From: Octopus vulgaris
Lineage: Eukaryota
Reading direction: 5' to 3'
NCBI GenBank assembly: GCA_951406725.2
Contig: OX597817.1
Span: 19,902,001-19,966,000, forward strand
DNA length: 64,000 bases
The position numbers were made by a program, and so were the translations under genes. Shown here piece after piece: positions 13,660-31,474 of this stretch (positions are counted from its first letter, which is position 1; each line of letters starts with the position of its first letter). The notes below the pieces were generated by a model. The model made no database searches, was not told the DNA's origin, and saw nothing but the letters and a program-made list of their open reading frames with translations.

Positions 13660-14030
13660 ACAAAAAAAACGAACGCCGTCCCCACTCACTGTCTCTTTCG
13701 CGCGCTCTCTCTCTCTTTTTCTCTCACTCTCTCTCACTCGTTTTCTTTCTCTCTTACTTCCTCTCTGAAATATTTAAAAGCGAACTCCGTCACCACACAC
13801 GGTCTCTTTCACTTTCTCTCTGTCTCTCTCAGTCTATCTCTCTCTTTTTATCGCTCTTTCCCCCCTCTTTCTCTCTTACTTCCTCTCCGAAACATCAAAA
13901 GACACAAAACGAACGTCGTCATCGTTCGATGTCTCTTTCATTCTGTCTCACTCTCTCTCTCTGTCTGTCTGTCTCTCTTTCTCTCGTTCTCTCTTACTTC
14001 CTCTCTGTCTTCCTCTCTCTCTCTTTGCAA
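13660..14030. repeat. Three diverged ~120-bp CT-rich minisatellite units
   Basis: Recurring CGAAC.CCGTC...GTCTCTTTC...CTCTTACTTCCTCTC blocks near 13670, 13781 and 13910. Confidence 0.7.
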
Positions 14031-14477
14031 CTCACTTCTTTGAAGTAAGTGTGACACACATGACATGTATGTACAAAAAGAACAAATTGACATATTAATA
14101 TTAATATCAACTATAAGCGTAGGTGTAAAATGTACCGTGAAACGAACGGTGCAGCACGTAATCAGAATTGAGATTACCACTTGTCTACATAATCAAATAT
14201 TATCCACATACATAGAATCAGGTGGGAAATAATCCTCGACCAAGATGATTCAAAAACTTTAATTGAAATTCTTAAAGATTCTTTAAATACGGTTTACAAC
14301 TTCTCCAGGATATAGAACGGCTATGAAGATATAATTACGTCTGATAGTTATTAGAATTCAGATAGTTTTCTAGCCTATACCCATAACTGGAGAGAAGCGA
14401 CAACATAGGTTTGGTAGGTAATTACTTGAATTGACAAAAATAACAACCAAATATTTCTGAAATTACATTATGCATGT

Positions 14478-14687
14478 AGGCGTAGGAGTGGCTGTGTGGT
14501 AAGTAGCTTGCTTACCAACCACATGGTTCCGGGTTCAGTTCCCACTACGTGTCATCATGGGCAAGTGTCTTCTACAATAGCCTCGGGCCGACCAAAGCCT
14601 TGTGAGTGGATTTGGTAGACGGAAACTGAAAGAAGCCCGTCGTATATATGTGTATATATATATGGAAACTAAAAGAAGCCCGTCGTA

Positions 14688-14764
<77 letters not shown>

Positions 14765-14990
14765 TTGTGTGTCTGTATTTGTCTCCCCAACATCGCTTAA
14801 GAACCGATGCTGGTGTGTTTACGTCCCCGTAACTTAGCGGATCGGCAAAAGAGACCGATGGATTCTATCGGTCTCTTTTGCTTACTTGTACTAGGCTTAC
14901 AAAGAATAAGTCCTGGGGTCGATTTGCTCGACTAAAGGCGGTGCTTCAGCATGGCCACACTCAAATGACTGAAACAAGTAAAAGAGAGTA
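14478..14990 (+). mobile_element. SINE family A, full length, with internal duplication and foldback
   Basis: GGCGTAGGAGTGGCTGTGTGGTAAGTAGCTTG head, GGTTCAGTTCCC B-box, (TA)n(TG)n interior, CAGCATGGCCACACTCAAATGACTGAAAC tail. Confidence 0.92.
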
Positions 14991-16378
14991 AAATAATATG
15001 CATAGTAAAATTGAAATGATATACAACATAGACTCCATGACATCAATAAAGATGCGCTACTTAGTGTTACAATGCAATTTATCATATACTCCTGATTGTT
15101 CAGTGCCTCGTGAACACAGAATGTGTATGAAATGGCAGTATTCAATTGTTATTATAGTGGAGAAATTATGCTAAGATTCAAAAGAATTATATTCTCACAT
15201 TTATGAAGATAATTCACGCGTTAGATATCTGAAATGTATGTAAATATCAATTTAATTAAAAGTACTAGAACGATATATTCAAAATCCCACCTGCATGTAC
15301 TCGAAAATTGTCAGTGCAATTAACTAACATAAAAAATGGCTTTTATTACACCCACGTAAGTGTAATTAAGCAGTGAGGATCCTCAATGGTTACTATAGAA
15401 TGTTATAAATAATGAACAGCTTAAAAATCTATGTCTCAACCCACGCTACACATGCGTTGAAAGCAGTTGACCTACGGAATTCAACTATAGGAATCTCTTG
15501 TTATAATATTAAATAAAGCAATATTTCTAAAATGAAAAGAATAATAAAAAGAGAAGGAAAACAGTATCGATTTATTTAATGCATTAATATTAGCTGCTTA
15601 AATAAATAATCATGCAGAAAGGGCTGTTATAAATATACTTAGGAAAATACTGGAATATCGAAATAATAATACGTTCTGAAAAAAATATCTACTTGATAAA
15701 AATACAATAACGGTGATATTGATATTATTTAATTTTTTACGTCTAATATATTGACAGAGAGAAATGTTTTCTTTAATGAGCATACTCTTTGGTTTGTTTT
15801 TTGTGCATTTTTCTTTTCTTTGTTCAGTGCATCGTATATCTTATATTGTTGCTTATTCTTTCTTTGTGTTTAAAAAAAAAATGTGTAGGAAGCAACAACA
15901 AAAACAGGCATACGTATTGTAAAAATTGTATTATTTACGAATTAGGGAAAGAAAAAGAAATAAATTGACGCATATGTGTCGGTTAATCTTTATGCATTCA
16001 AATATACTTACATGTACTTATACATACATCCATCCATACATACAAGGTTCACATACACACATACCTACATACATACATACATACATACATACATACATAC
16101 ATACATACATAAATTCAGACACACATATGAATACATATATACACATACATACGTATCTATAATTTGCGTATATTTATATGTTAACGCATATGTACATGTA
16201 AGCATACACACACACGCGTACATAGTAACACACACACATACACACACATATGTATATATGTACAGATGCAGACACAAATATTCACATGTATAATTTGAAT
16301 GTTTTCAAATGCAAAAAAAAAAACTGTGAACATTATCTCTGGGAAAGGACTCACAACATATGCAGAATATATATACGA

Positions 16379-16440
<62 letters not shown>

Positions 16441-16920
16441 TCTTACTCTTTAACTCTTTAACTCTTTTACTTATTTCAGTCATTTGACTGCGCCCATGCT
16501 GGAGTACCGCAAATCGACCCCGGGACTTATTCTTTGTAAGCCCAGTACTTATTCTATCGGTCTCTTTTTTGCCGAACTGCTAGGTGACGGGGACGTAAAC
16601 ACACCAGCATCGGTTGTCAAGCAATGCTAGAGGGACAAACACAGACACACAAACACACGATGTGAAATCCTTAAAAAATATACCACGACGTCTACACATT
16701 TCTCACCTTGAACTTTCAACCTTGAACTTGTTCGCATAAACTGTCCCGTTTGTTGTATTTTTATTTCTTCTTATATTACCACTTTTTTTCCCCTTATTTC
16801 GCTCTCGCGTATCATGTTTGATCTTTGACCTCTGGCCGAAATCAGATCGCCATGTTGATTCGTTAGCTACTGCACGCATTTTTTTCTCTCCTTCTTTCTG
16901 TGTTTTTCTCTCTCTGTGTA

Positions 16921-16958
16921 TCTTTCTGTTGAAGAGCGTAGGCTCGAAACGTTAAAGA
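16921..16958 (+). ncRNA. Minimal type I hammerhead-ribozyme-like motif in a Penelope-type terminal-repeat fragment (about 16660-17057)
   Basis: TCTTT-CTGTTGA-A-GAGC GTAG GCTC-GAAA-CG-TT-AAAGA: stem I TCTTT/AAAGA, stem II GAGC/GCTC, palindromic stem III; core has A6>U. Confidence 0.65.
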
Positions 16959-17076
16959 CTTGTTTTATTTATATTTCCTGAGCGCCATACTAATACAATT
17001 GTTCGTTTGTTTTCCACCTGCCTTCGTCTTTTGTTTATTTTCATAAAGCTTCCCGTTATATACATATATACATATA

Positions 17077-17449
17077 CTAGCAGTATCGCCCGGCGTTGCT
17101 CAGGTTTGTAAGGGAAATAACTATAAAGCATTTTTAGAGAGTTATAGCCAAAAAAATGGAAAAAAAATGATGGTAAATTTTTTTTTTAGTTAAAAAAGGT
17201 GGAGTTGCGTCCCCTAGACAGTTTGCGGTTTGTGTTTCTGATTGTCGACCCCATGTCGAATTTATCGATTTTTTTCAGAACTAGTGGAACTGTTCAAAAT
17301 TTTCGCTGCGTTAGTTTTGAATGATGACATTGGGCTATGTGTGTATCAAGTTTCATCAGAAGCGGTTGAAAGCCGTGGTAGGGTGAGGGTACAAGCAAAC
17401 AGACACACAGAAACACGCACAGACAAACTGCCGTTTATATATAGAGAGA
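17077..17449 (-). mobile_element. Non-autonomous Helitron
   Basis: On the - strand starts TC(TCTCTATATATAAAC) and ends CCTGAGCAACGCCGGG hairpin...CTAG, inserted between A and T with no TSD; removing it restores the SINE sequence ATATATACGACAGGCTTC. Confidence 0.85.
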
Positions 17450-17983
17450 TACGACAGGCTTCTTTCAGTTTCCGTCTACCAAATTCACTCACAAGGCATT
17501 GGTCGGCCCGGGGCTATAGCAGAAGACACTTGCCCAAGATGCCACGCAGTGGGACTGAACCCGGAATCATGTGGTTGGTTAGCATACATGTATGTGCGCA
17601 CGTGTATATGCGTGTACGTTTATGCATGTGCCTGTGTGCAAGCGCTTGTGTGTGTCTGTAACGTGGTCATTTGGTAAAATCGCTGGATTATGTGATGTAA
17701 TACGTTCTGTAATTCCTTTGTCTATCTGAAACTTGAATTCCAATCAATACTGAAGCTAATTTTGCCCCTCAATTTTGGAGATGCTAAAATGTAGCATGTC
17801 TGGGCTAAAGTAGCTCTCACATTTTCCTTTTGTTACACTTCTTGCGTCAGATATGAGAAGAGAGAGTGCTTCTAATAGCTACTACATTGGCACCTTATGG
17901 AATTAGAGAATGCATGAGATATAACCCCCAGTCACACACGATTATGTGACGTACTTTCACAAACAGACGCACACACATACTGC

Positions 17984-18260
<277 letters not shown>

Positions 18261-18794
18261 TCTATTTACCTATCAGCACATACATACCTCCATACATGCA
18301 TACAGATATATATGACATGTATATATGTATATATGTATGTATGTGTGTGTGATGATGTGTGTGTTGTGTATACTCGTAAATCTGTACAGGGCACTATTAT
18401 ATAGATTCATCTACAGTATAGGCAAACATATAATGAATCAAATTGTAGAGATGCTATTAACAAGAGAGAATTAATACACTGAGTACAGCTGCCGCATATA
18501 AGATACAATCAACGTTTAGGAGAGTAGTCTTTTGCAAATAAAATGTATGGAGGCTGGTGTTCCATCGTAGAAAGACGTGAAGGAAAAGAGAGAATTGATT
18601 GAGCAATGTGGGATGTTACGTAGGGAGTGAATATCCGTGATTTTATCACATTCTACAAGGAAACCAAGTGACGTGGAAGGAAATCAAGTTGTAAAGTTAG
18701 TATGATGTAATTTATGAAGGTGAAAGCGATAGGGAGGTATTATCAATCTTTATAGGAAGAACTGCAGTTAAATTTGTTTCTATATATATATATA

Positions 18795-22447
<3,653 letters not shown>

Positions 22448-22671
22448 TATATTATTGTTAGTATTTCTAAATCTCTCAAAGAGAGACATTCAGTAGCAGT
22501 TCTTTAAAGTAAAGGCTATTTGCCAACGTAATGTGGCTGTCCGAACAGGACGATGTTACTATTGTTTTAGTCCAAAGAAACATCGTTTCTAGCTGGCTAT
22601 ACGACACAATATCTTTCCGTTGTTCTCATGCATTTTCTTCTATATTTAATATTTGCTCACTCCTCTTCTCC

Positions 22672-22710
<39 letters not shown>

Positions 22711-23164
22711 CTTGTTTTACACTTCCTTTCTTTCCTCCTCCCAATGTTTCTATAAATCTTCTCTCACAGTATCTTGTTCGTTTTGATAGCGTCATTTAAG
22801 ATTCCTATTGTCCCCTGTTTGTATGTAAGTATTTTTTGAATGAACAAGAACGTGTATGTGCTGAAGTAAATATCTGTATGTATAAACAATTATGTGCTTG
22901 GGTCTATCAATGTCTTGGGATGTGTATGCTCTCGTAAATGCATATGATCGTTTGTTTATGTGTATAAGTATGTGATCGTAAACGTGTACTTCAGCATAAG
23001 TATTTTCTATGTTGTTACCTTGAGAATAGGTACGAGTATATGCATATATCTGTGAGTATATTTTTGCCTATGTATGAAAGCATGCATGTATCAATGTATT
23101 TGAATATATATGTATGCGCGCTTGTGTGTATATGTATAAATTTCTGTATATCTTTATAAATGGG

Positions 23165-23930
23165 AAAATATATTTCATATGTATACATATAAATATATAT
23201 ATTTCTCTCCCCTCCCTTTCTCAGCCTTCATTCTTTTGGCTTTCCTTTTCTTCTACCTTACTGTCTCTCCCTCTCTCTTTCTCATTCTTCATTCTTTTCT
23301 CTACAACCATTCCCTTTTTTCTCTCCCTTTCTCTTACTCCTCCTCCTCCCTGCCGTCGCGGTCAAGTGATGAGAAGGCTACTACTGTCTTTCTTCTCCTG
23401 GCTTCCTTCAAGTAGAGACGGTAAATCTGTTGCTCCCTGCTGTTCTAAAAAAATAGCGTTCGTAAAAAAATATTATCTCGTTTGGCTTAACAGCCCTTCT
23501 TGTTTGTGTTACTGTTATTCTCCGTGTCCTGTCTTTTACTATTTATATTTTGTACTGTCGTTACTGTCCTCTTTTCGTTACTATATTTACCCCTCCGCAA
23601 AAAAATCTCAAATTTTATTTAATTTGATTTTCGTGGGAAGGAAAGTTTCTTTGAAGTCATGTATCGCCTTGACCTTCGAAACGTGGAGTAGATCTAAGGC
23701 GACTGAAGAAGGGGAATTTTCCTTCTTTTGTATGTCCTGCACTCTATTTTTTCGTTGTTTAAAAAAGAAAATGTCCATTTCCTTGGTTTTGTGCTTATGT
23801 TTTCGTTTCTCATTGTGTTCGACGTTTTTTTTGGTGTCCTGTACCCATATATGCATGTATATATACATGTAGAGATAGGTACGTACATATATGTATGTAT
23901 ATATGCATATGTTTTATTTATTTATAATTT
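23165..23930 (+). mobile_element. Non-coding repeat family P (probable Penelope-derived terminal repeat), copy 1
   Basis: AATTTTATTTAAT...GGAAGG, CCTTCGAAAC...CTGAAGAAGGGG and TGTCCTGTAC.CATATATGCATGTATATATACATGTAGA are shared with 26780-27100 and 58900-59232; ends in (TA)n. Confidence 0.7.
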
Positions 23931-23976
23931 ATATATATATATATATATATATATGTATGCGTGTATGAGTATATAT

Positions 23977-24016
<40 letters not shown>

Positions 24017-24034
24017 ATATATACTCATACACGC

Positions 24035-24071
<37 letters not shown>

Positions 24072-24160
24072 AATTATAAATAAATAAAACATATGCATAT
24101 ATACATACATATATGTACGTACCTATCTCTACATGTATATATATATGCATATGTGGGTAC
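23843..24160. repeat. About 90-bp inverted repeat arms around a (TA)n-rich core
   Basis: GTACCCATATATGC...TTTTATTTATTTATAATTT (to 23930) is mirrored by AAATTATAAATAAATAAAACATATGC...GTGGGTAC (24071-24160). Confidence 0.92.
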
Positions 24161-24383
24161 CGCCTTTAATTACACATACATGAAGGGATTTGTAAAGCAC
24201 TATAAATAAAAATGCTCATATCATGTGCACTATTATGGTATAGGAAATAATTGTGCTATATATATATTCAATCTTCCACCTGAATTTTCTGGCATTTTCT
24301 CATATATGTATATATATATATATAGGAGAATTGAACAAGGAGACGAACTCTCGGGATGTTATTAAACCATTTATACCTTGAAT

Positions 24384-24468
24384 TCTTCTACATTTGTTTC
24401 TACGGATGCACTCCAAAATGTCCGACAGCATAAATTACGATCAGCAATGCATCAATCTTATCAGGAAG
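24384..24468 (-). ncRNA. Decayed type I hammerhead-like motif with long stem II
   Basis: Reverse strand CTTC-CTGATAA-..GATGCA...TGCATC..-GAAAC AAAT GTA-GAAG: stem I CTTC/GAAG, stem III AC/GT, GUA site; G8>A and a poorly paired stem II base. Confidence 0.55.
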
Positions 24469-24536
24469 GATATGAATAACAAATTCATCAAACAAACATG
24501 TTAACAGAAATAGAAAATATAAAATTTAAACTACTT

Positions 24537-24732
24537 ATATTCATATGAACACACGCGTACATACACTCAAATATTTGGGGTATAAATAAAAACATTATAT
24601 ACATACACATACACATAAATACATATATATATATATATATATATATGTATTTATGTGTATGTGTATGTATATAATGTTTTTATTTATACCACAAATATTT
24701 GAGTGTATGTATGCGTGCGTTCATATGAATAT
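24537..24732. repeat. Near-perfect ~195-bp palindrome centred on (TA)n
   Basis: ATATTCATATGAAC...CTCAAATATTTG.GGTATAAATAAAAACATTATATACATACACATACACATAAATAC-(AT)n followed by its reverse complement. Confidence 0.95.
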
Positions 24733-25044
24733 GTGTAATTAAAGGCGGTATAGACATAGATGATTTGTGGAGTAATAGCATAGAGAAAACCTGGGAAAGG
24801 CGTGGCATGCATTGAGACTATGCTTATGGGAGTTCTTATATTTGGAATTTTATTAGAAGTACTTTACCAGAAACGGAGAGGTGGCAAGCTGAGTGGGTGT
24901 CTGGTTTAAATTTAATAACCTTGTGGTGTGATACTACTCTTTACCTCAGTACGAACATCAATGAAATACGCGCTGAACATGACTTTGTTATATGAACTCG
25001 TTTCATCCAATACACTAACCTGGTACAAATTGGTACAAGGCCAG

Positions 25045-25148
25045 AAAGTCGAATGCATTGACCCCATCAACAACGAAGGGACGAAAGGCAAATTCGACCT
25101 GGGCTGTATTTGAACTGGCGTGCCAACTGTCCTGCCAGCTCGACACCT
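25045..25148 (-). mobile_element. SINE family B, decayed
   Basis: GAAAGGCAAATTCGACCT...TTTGAACT...CTGCCAGCTCG. Confidence 0.65.
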
Positions 25149-26779
25149 TTTCTGCTATAGATAATAGTAAGAATAGTTCAGAGCAAGTTGATAAACCACA
25201 TTGACTCTGAAGCTAGTTGTAAATGTAGGCATTTACATTAGCATACTGAAGTGAGGTAACTGGGGAACTATAGCAAGGAGGTTGGGAACACTTATACAGG
25301 CTGGGTGGTCTATGGCAAGATACAAATGAACAGACTATAGACTAAAAGAGCACTTATATGAACGTCTTTTCTTTCTTTTTTCACTAAATGGGAGTTAAAT
25401 TGACAAATAATATTTTCGCTTTTCAGAAATAAAATGTTAGAAATGTTTTCCGTAGATGACAATAAAGACTCGGAATTTAGGACTGCAGAATGCTACGTTT
25501 TTGATAAGTGAGGCAGTATGGCTGTATAGAGTGCGAAGTATAGAGTGCGAAATGAGGAAACCCTTCTCAGAAAATAGAAGTAGAGCGTTTGAAATGTTTT
25601 AAGAATTAAGGCCACACGTTTTATGAATGGGCAGCGGAAACTTCGAAATTTGAAAAGGATGGCGGGTATATTGTGAATCGAATGCAGACTTAAAAAGCAT
25701 GTGCATATGTATGTAATTAAAACAGCTTTAGAAAGTAAGAGAAGGGAGAAGGATTGAGAAACTGTTAATGGAAATATTAGAGATGATGGATGTGAATTCA
25801 AGACCCACAACTCTAGTACGCCACGCAGTTGTAAATGCCTTGGCCGTATAAATTATGAGAAAGCTCAGTAAACTGGATAATTAGTTTGACGTCAGTGTGG
25901 TCAAAGCTACATTTATCTTACCGTGGGCCTACCTTAGTATTTGTAGGCTGCAGGCTTAGATGCTGATAGAAATTAACATAGGAAAAGATGAAATTTTATG
26001 ATAAATGTAATCAGACAAATATAGAAGTTTGAAAGTATTAGTTTTTTAGAAAGAACTATACAACGATAGTTACTTCATTATTTATTTATTTTACATACAC
26101 TGAGTATAAGCCTGCAAACATTTTGTACAAAATACGCAGTCATTATATATAGTTTGCTTGGATTTTTAAAGCTTCATACTTTTGTATGCATTTACTGGAG
26201 TTATCTGTGCTAACGAAATTGAACTTAGATAGAAAAGACATTTTTGTGAAGATAAACACTGGATTTACTTTAATTTTCTTTGGACATGGTTCTCCTATGT
26301 ATGAATTACACCGCGCAGTATTCACTTTATCTTTTCAAAAACTTCCAATAAACGATCGTAGACCAAGTCATACAAACAATCGTTACTAATCTGAAACAAG
26401 CAAAGAGGAATTTCAACATGTTACGACAAACATTTCAGTATCAATATGACAATCGGTTGCTTGAATAAAATTGCAATTGATCTCCACATCATAGGGAATT
26501 ATAACGCCTGAAAATTCTCAGTGAAACTAGAAATCATATATGGCTCATTCCGTAACATAGTTACTGGCAAACAGTTGATGTTTCTAAACATATGAAATAG
26601 GCAGTTCTATGCCCATGCCTTAAGCAATAATTAATTTAACTTTAAATATTCATGAACCAATGACAGAGCGTATATAGAAGTGTTTGTCTTGCAGGAAATA
26701 ATATTAACATCATTTCAAATCACATTTTAACTCCTTACAATAACAAACGGTATACTGAACACTATAGCACAGGATGCTT

Positions 26780-27098
26780 GGAATTTTATTTTAATTCTCT
26801 CGCAGGAAGGCCTATTGGATTAGTGTTCTGTTATGCCTTCGAAGCATGCCTGACTCCTCTAGCGACAGCTGATGACGGGGGTTTTGTCCTTGTGTAGCTC
26901 GTCCTGTATTTGTTTTGTCGTTTTCTTGTTTTTCGTTTTCTTTTGTTTTTTTGTTTTTTGGCTTTTTTCCGTTTCTACGTCTTATTGTGATGTCCTGTAC
27001 TCCCGTATAATTATTTATATATGCATGTATATATACATGTAGATGTAGGTACGACGTACATATATGTCTGTATGTATGCATATATTTTTTATTTATCT

Positions 27099-27100
<2 letters not shown>
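26780..27100 (+). mobile_element. Repeat family P, copy 2
   Basis: Collinear similarity with 23610-23930 and 58920-59232; ends in (TA)n. Confidence 0.7.
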
Positions 27101-27165
<65 letters not shown>

Positions 27166-27379
27166 ATATATATAAAGAAGAAAATAAAATGGAGATTAAC
27201 GAATTTAATAATTGTTTATTATTAAATTCTTACTCTCCATTTTATTTTCTGCTTTTAAGTGGATATAAGTTATATGCTTTATACATGCCTATTGCTTTAA
27301 GCGAATTTCATTCCCTAAAATGCTAGGTATTGAACCAATATTTGCTAGGATGCAGCCATCCCCTCAGGTTACCATATTG

Positions 27380-27480
<101 letters not shown>

Positions 27481-28239
27481 GACGGCCTTCATTGTAATGC
27501 GTTTGATTTTCGGAATACTTAATGAGAACTGACCTGGAGGGACAATGAATCGCAAAATTAACATTTCTTTGTCCAAATATCTTAGTGTTACTGTATCGCC
27601 GTAAAGAACGCTTGGGATAATTACTGCGTAATTTACGAGAAATTTCCTACTTTGCATTCCGCCTTCGAATTCTATGCATTTTAAAATGTAATATAGTGAT
27701 AAAGACAAATATGTTTAATCGGGTATCAAAGCAGTCTTGTAATATATGTTCAGCGGACACATAAATTGTATTATGTATTACTACACGCAACCTATTAAAA
27801 ACAATAAGACCAACGGCTATATCTTTACAGAACCAATGAAAGGAATGGATGAAGTAACAATAATCATGGAGTTTTGAAGTAGGTATTTCGAGCAAATTCA
27901 TATGCTTAACAATTCATTGAAAGATGAGGAGAAAAGTTTAGATTTGAATGAACAGTCATGTAAGAGATAGTACATTAAAACAATATATTCGAAAAGGTGT
28001 TTCATAATATATAAAAACAAAATAATGTACGAAGAACAGATTTGATTTAAACTATTTTCAAAGGAAAGACAGTGAAATTGTAAGGTGTAAGAGATATACT
28101 GAATACATTATTAAAAAGTGAGATAGAAGTTGAAATAAAAAACATATTTGTTAAATGTATTATATATATGATGCATATCATAAAATACTGAAAAAGAATA
28201 GAAAAACGAGATACTTTTTATATTCTTTTATATGTTTTA

Positions 28240-28930
28240 AGGCGAAATGGGAATATCTACATGTCCCACCTTCTCTATAAATTATAACATTTCTGTTATG
28301 ATTCCTGATGAAATTCTCCTGACTCACATTGTTGCACAATGAACAGGGCTTACCTCTTTTGCAGCTGTTTTGCAAGGTACAGCGTACAAATACTCCAATT
28401 TTCATTTCGTTGGAATCAGAAATAGAGGTCAATAGTTCTCTTATATTTTTATTCTGTCTAAAAGCTACACTAGGTGGCTGAGGAAATATCAGTTTGAAAC
28501 GAGGATATTTTCCTGCAACATGATGGTAAATTTCATGCAACACTTTTGAAATGCCAACGAAATTTCGGTGCCAGTGTATCATATGTTGTATTGTGCTTGC
28601 TAAAATTATGCGTAAAGGTTTGACTTACTTTGACAATCTTAGCTATCTCATTTGCTTCCTTTAATCGTGACTCACTGTAACTGCGTTTGATTTAATGGTG
28701 TACAAAAGCATTTGTATGTTTTCGGTAATCTCCTACAAACCTGTTTTATGTTCAGAAATTGGGATTTCAGATTTGACTGAAATACGTCATGCGGATAATC
28801 GGAGCAGTGGTGGAGATAACTGTGGGATGACGTTGGCTTGCAAAATAACTTTGTCACTATTCTGCTTCCAGAAAACTTCCAAAAATGCAACGCTGGTCAT
28901 GTTGTGAAAAAGGATAGTTTGAAAAATATC
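28240..28930 (-). pseudogene. Penelope-like element fragment (RT thumb/linker to start of GIY-YIG)
   Basis: TKLFCKPTSSHSYLH..SDYP, WHRNFVGISKVL..KYPRFKLIFPQPPSVAFRQNKNIRELL..CKRGKPCSLC; homologous to 38140-38870. Confidence 0.85.
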
Positions 28931-29147
28931 TCCGAGGAAGTTTTCGGGATGGGCTTTACGCATGTTCAGTGATTGAAATAGGATGAAATTCTTTCAGAAG
29001 CTACTTGAATACATCCGCTAAATAATAGATTTTCAGCAGCCGAAAACGGCAAAAGATAAGAGAAAATTCACCAGCGATGATTCGACCACGGATTCCACGT
29101 GTGAAGCAGTGAAGCAATAATAAATGAAAATGATATGCATATATATG

Positions 29148-29229
<82 letters not shown>

Positions 29230-29251
29230 TATACATGTACGTATACATATT

Positions 29252-29400
29252 GGGGCAGGCGTAGCTTCCCAACTCCATATGGTTCTGGGTACAGCCCCAC
29301 TGCGTAGTGCCTTCGGCAGGTGTTCTCTTGTACACCCTCGGGCCAACAAATAGCTTGTGAGTGGATTTAGTAGACAGAAACTGGAAGAAGCCTGTCGTGT
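29252..29400 (+). mobile_element. SINE family A 5' half
   Basis: CCCACTGCGTAGTGCCTTCGGCAGGTG...GCTTGTGAGTGGATTTAGTAGACAGAAACTGGAAGAAGCCTGTCGT; ends at the internal (TA)n where the Penelope element begins. Confidence 0.8.
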
Positions 29401-29531
29401 ATATATATATATAGAAAATAGTAAAAAGTGAAAAAACTACAGAAGGCTTGTTTTATAAGGTTAAAGAATATATTTGAGTCATCATGTTGGAAGAATGTTA
29501 TAAAATATTTCATACAGTAACATAGTTTTTT

Positions 29532-29564
29532 AAGTTACCGGTTTCGTGTTAACTTTTCAAATTT
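29532..29564 (-). ncRNA. Minimal type I hammerhead-like motif in the Penelope 3' terminal repeat
   Basis: Reverse strand AAAT-TTGAAAA-GT TAAC AC-GAAA-CCGG-TA-ACTT; U3/A8 core, palindromic stem III, GUA site; stem I imperfect; about 130-165 bp downstream of the ORF stop. Confidence 0.6.
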
Positions 29565-29695
29565 CTAAAGTGTCTTTACCTACATTGTTATGTCTTCGTT
29601 ATGAAGTGCAAAGAAGTGTTCCAGGTAGGGGAAGGTAATAAGCGATTTCTTCCGGTATAAGGGAGATAATCGCTTTATATTTCTTTTCCCTTTAT

Positions 29696-31474
<1,779 letters not shown>

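Larger units (their letters stand above)
16440..17582 (-). mobile_element. SINE family A hosting two nested insertions
   Basis: Tail half at 16440-16658 and head half at 17450-17582 match family A; the region between is foreign. Confidence 0.88.

Noticed and set aside
23114-23872. 252-aa ORF, hydrophobic and membrane-protein-like
   Set aside because: It runs through pyrimidine-rich low-complexity DNA of repeat family P; the homologous copies at 26780 and 58900 show no comparable ORF.
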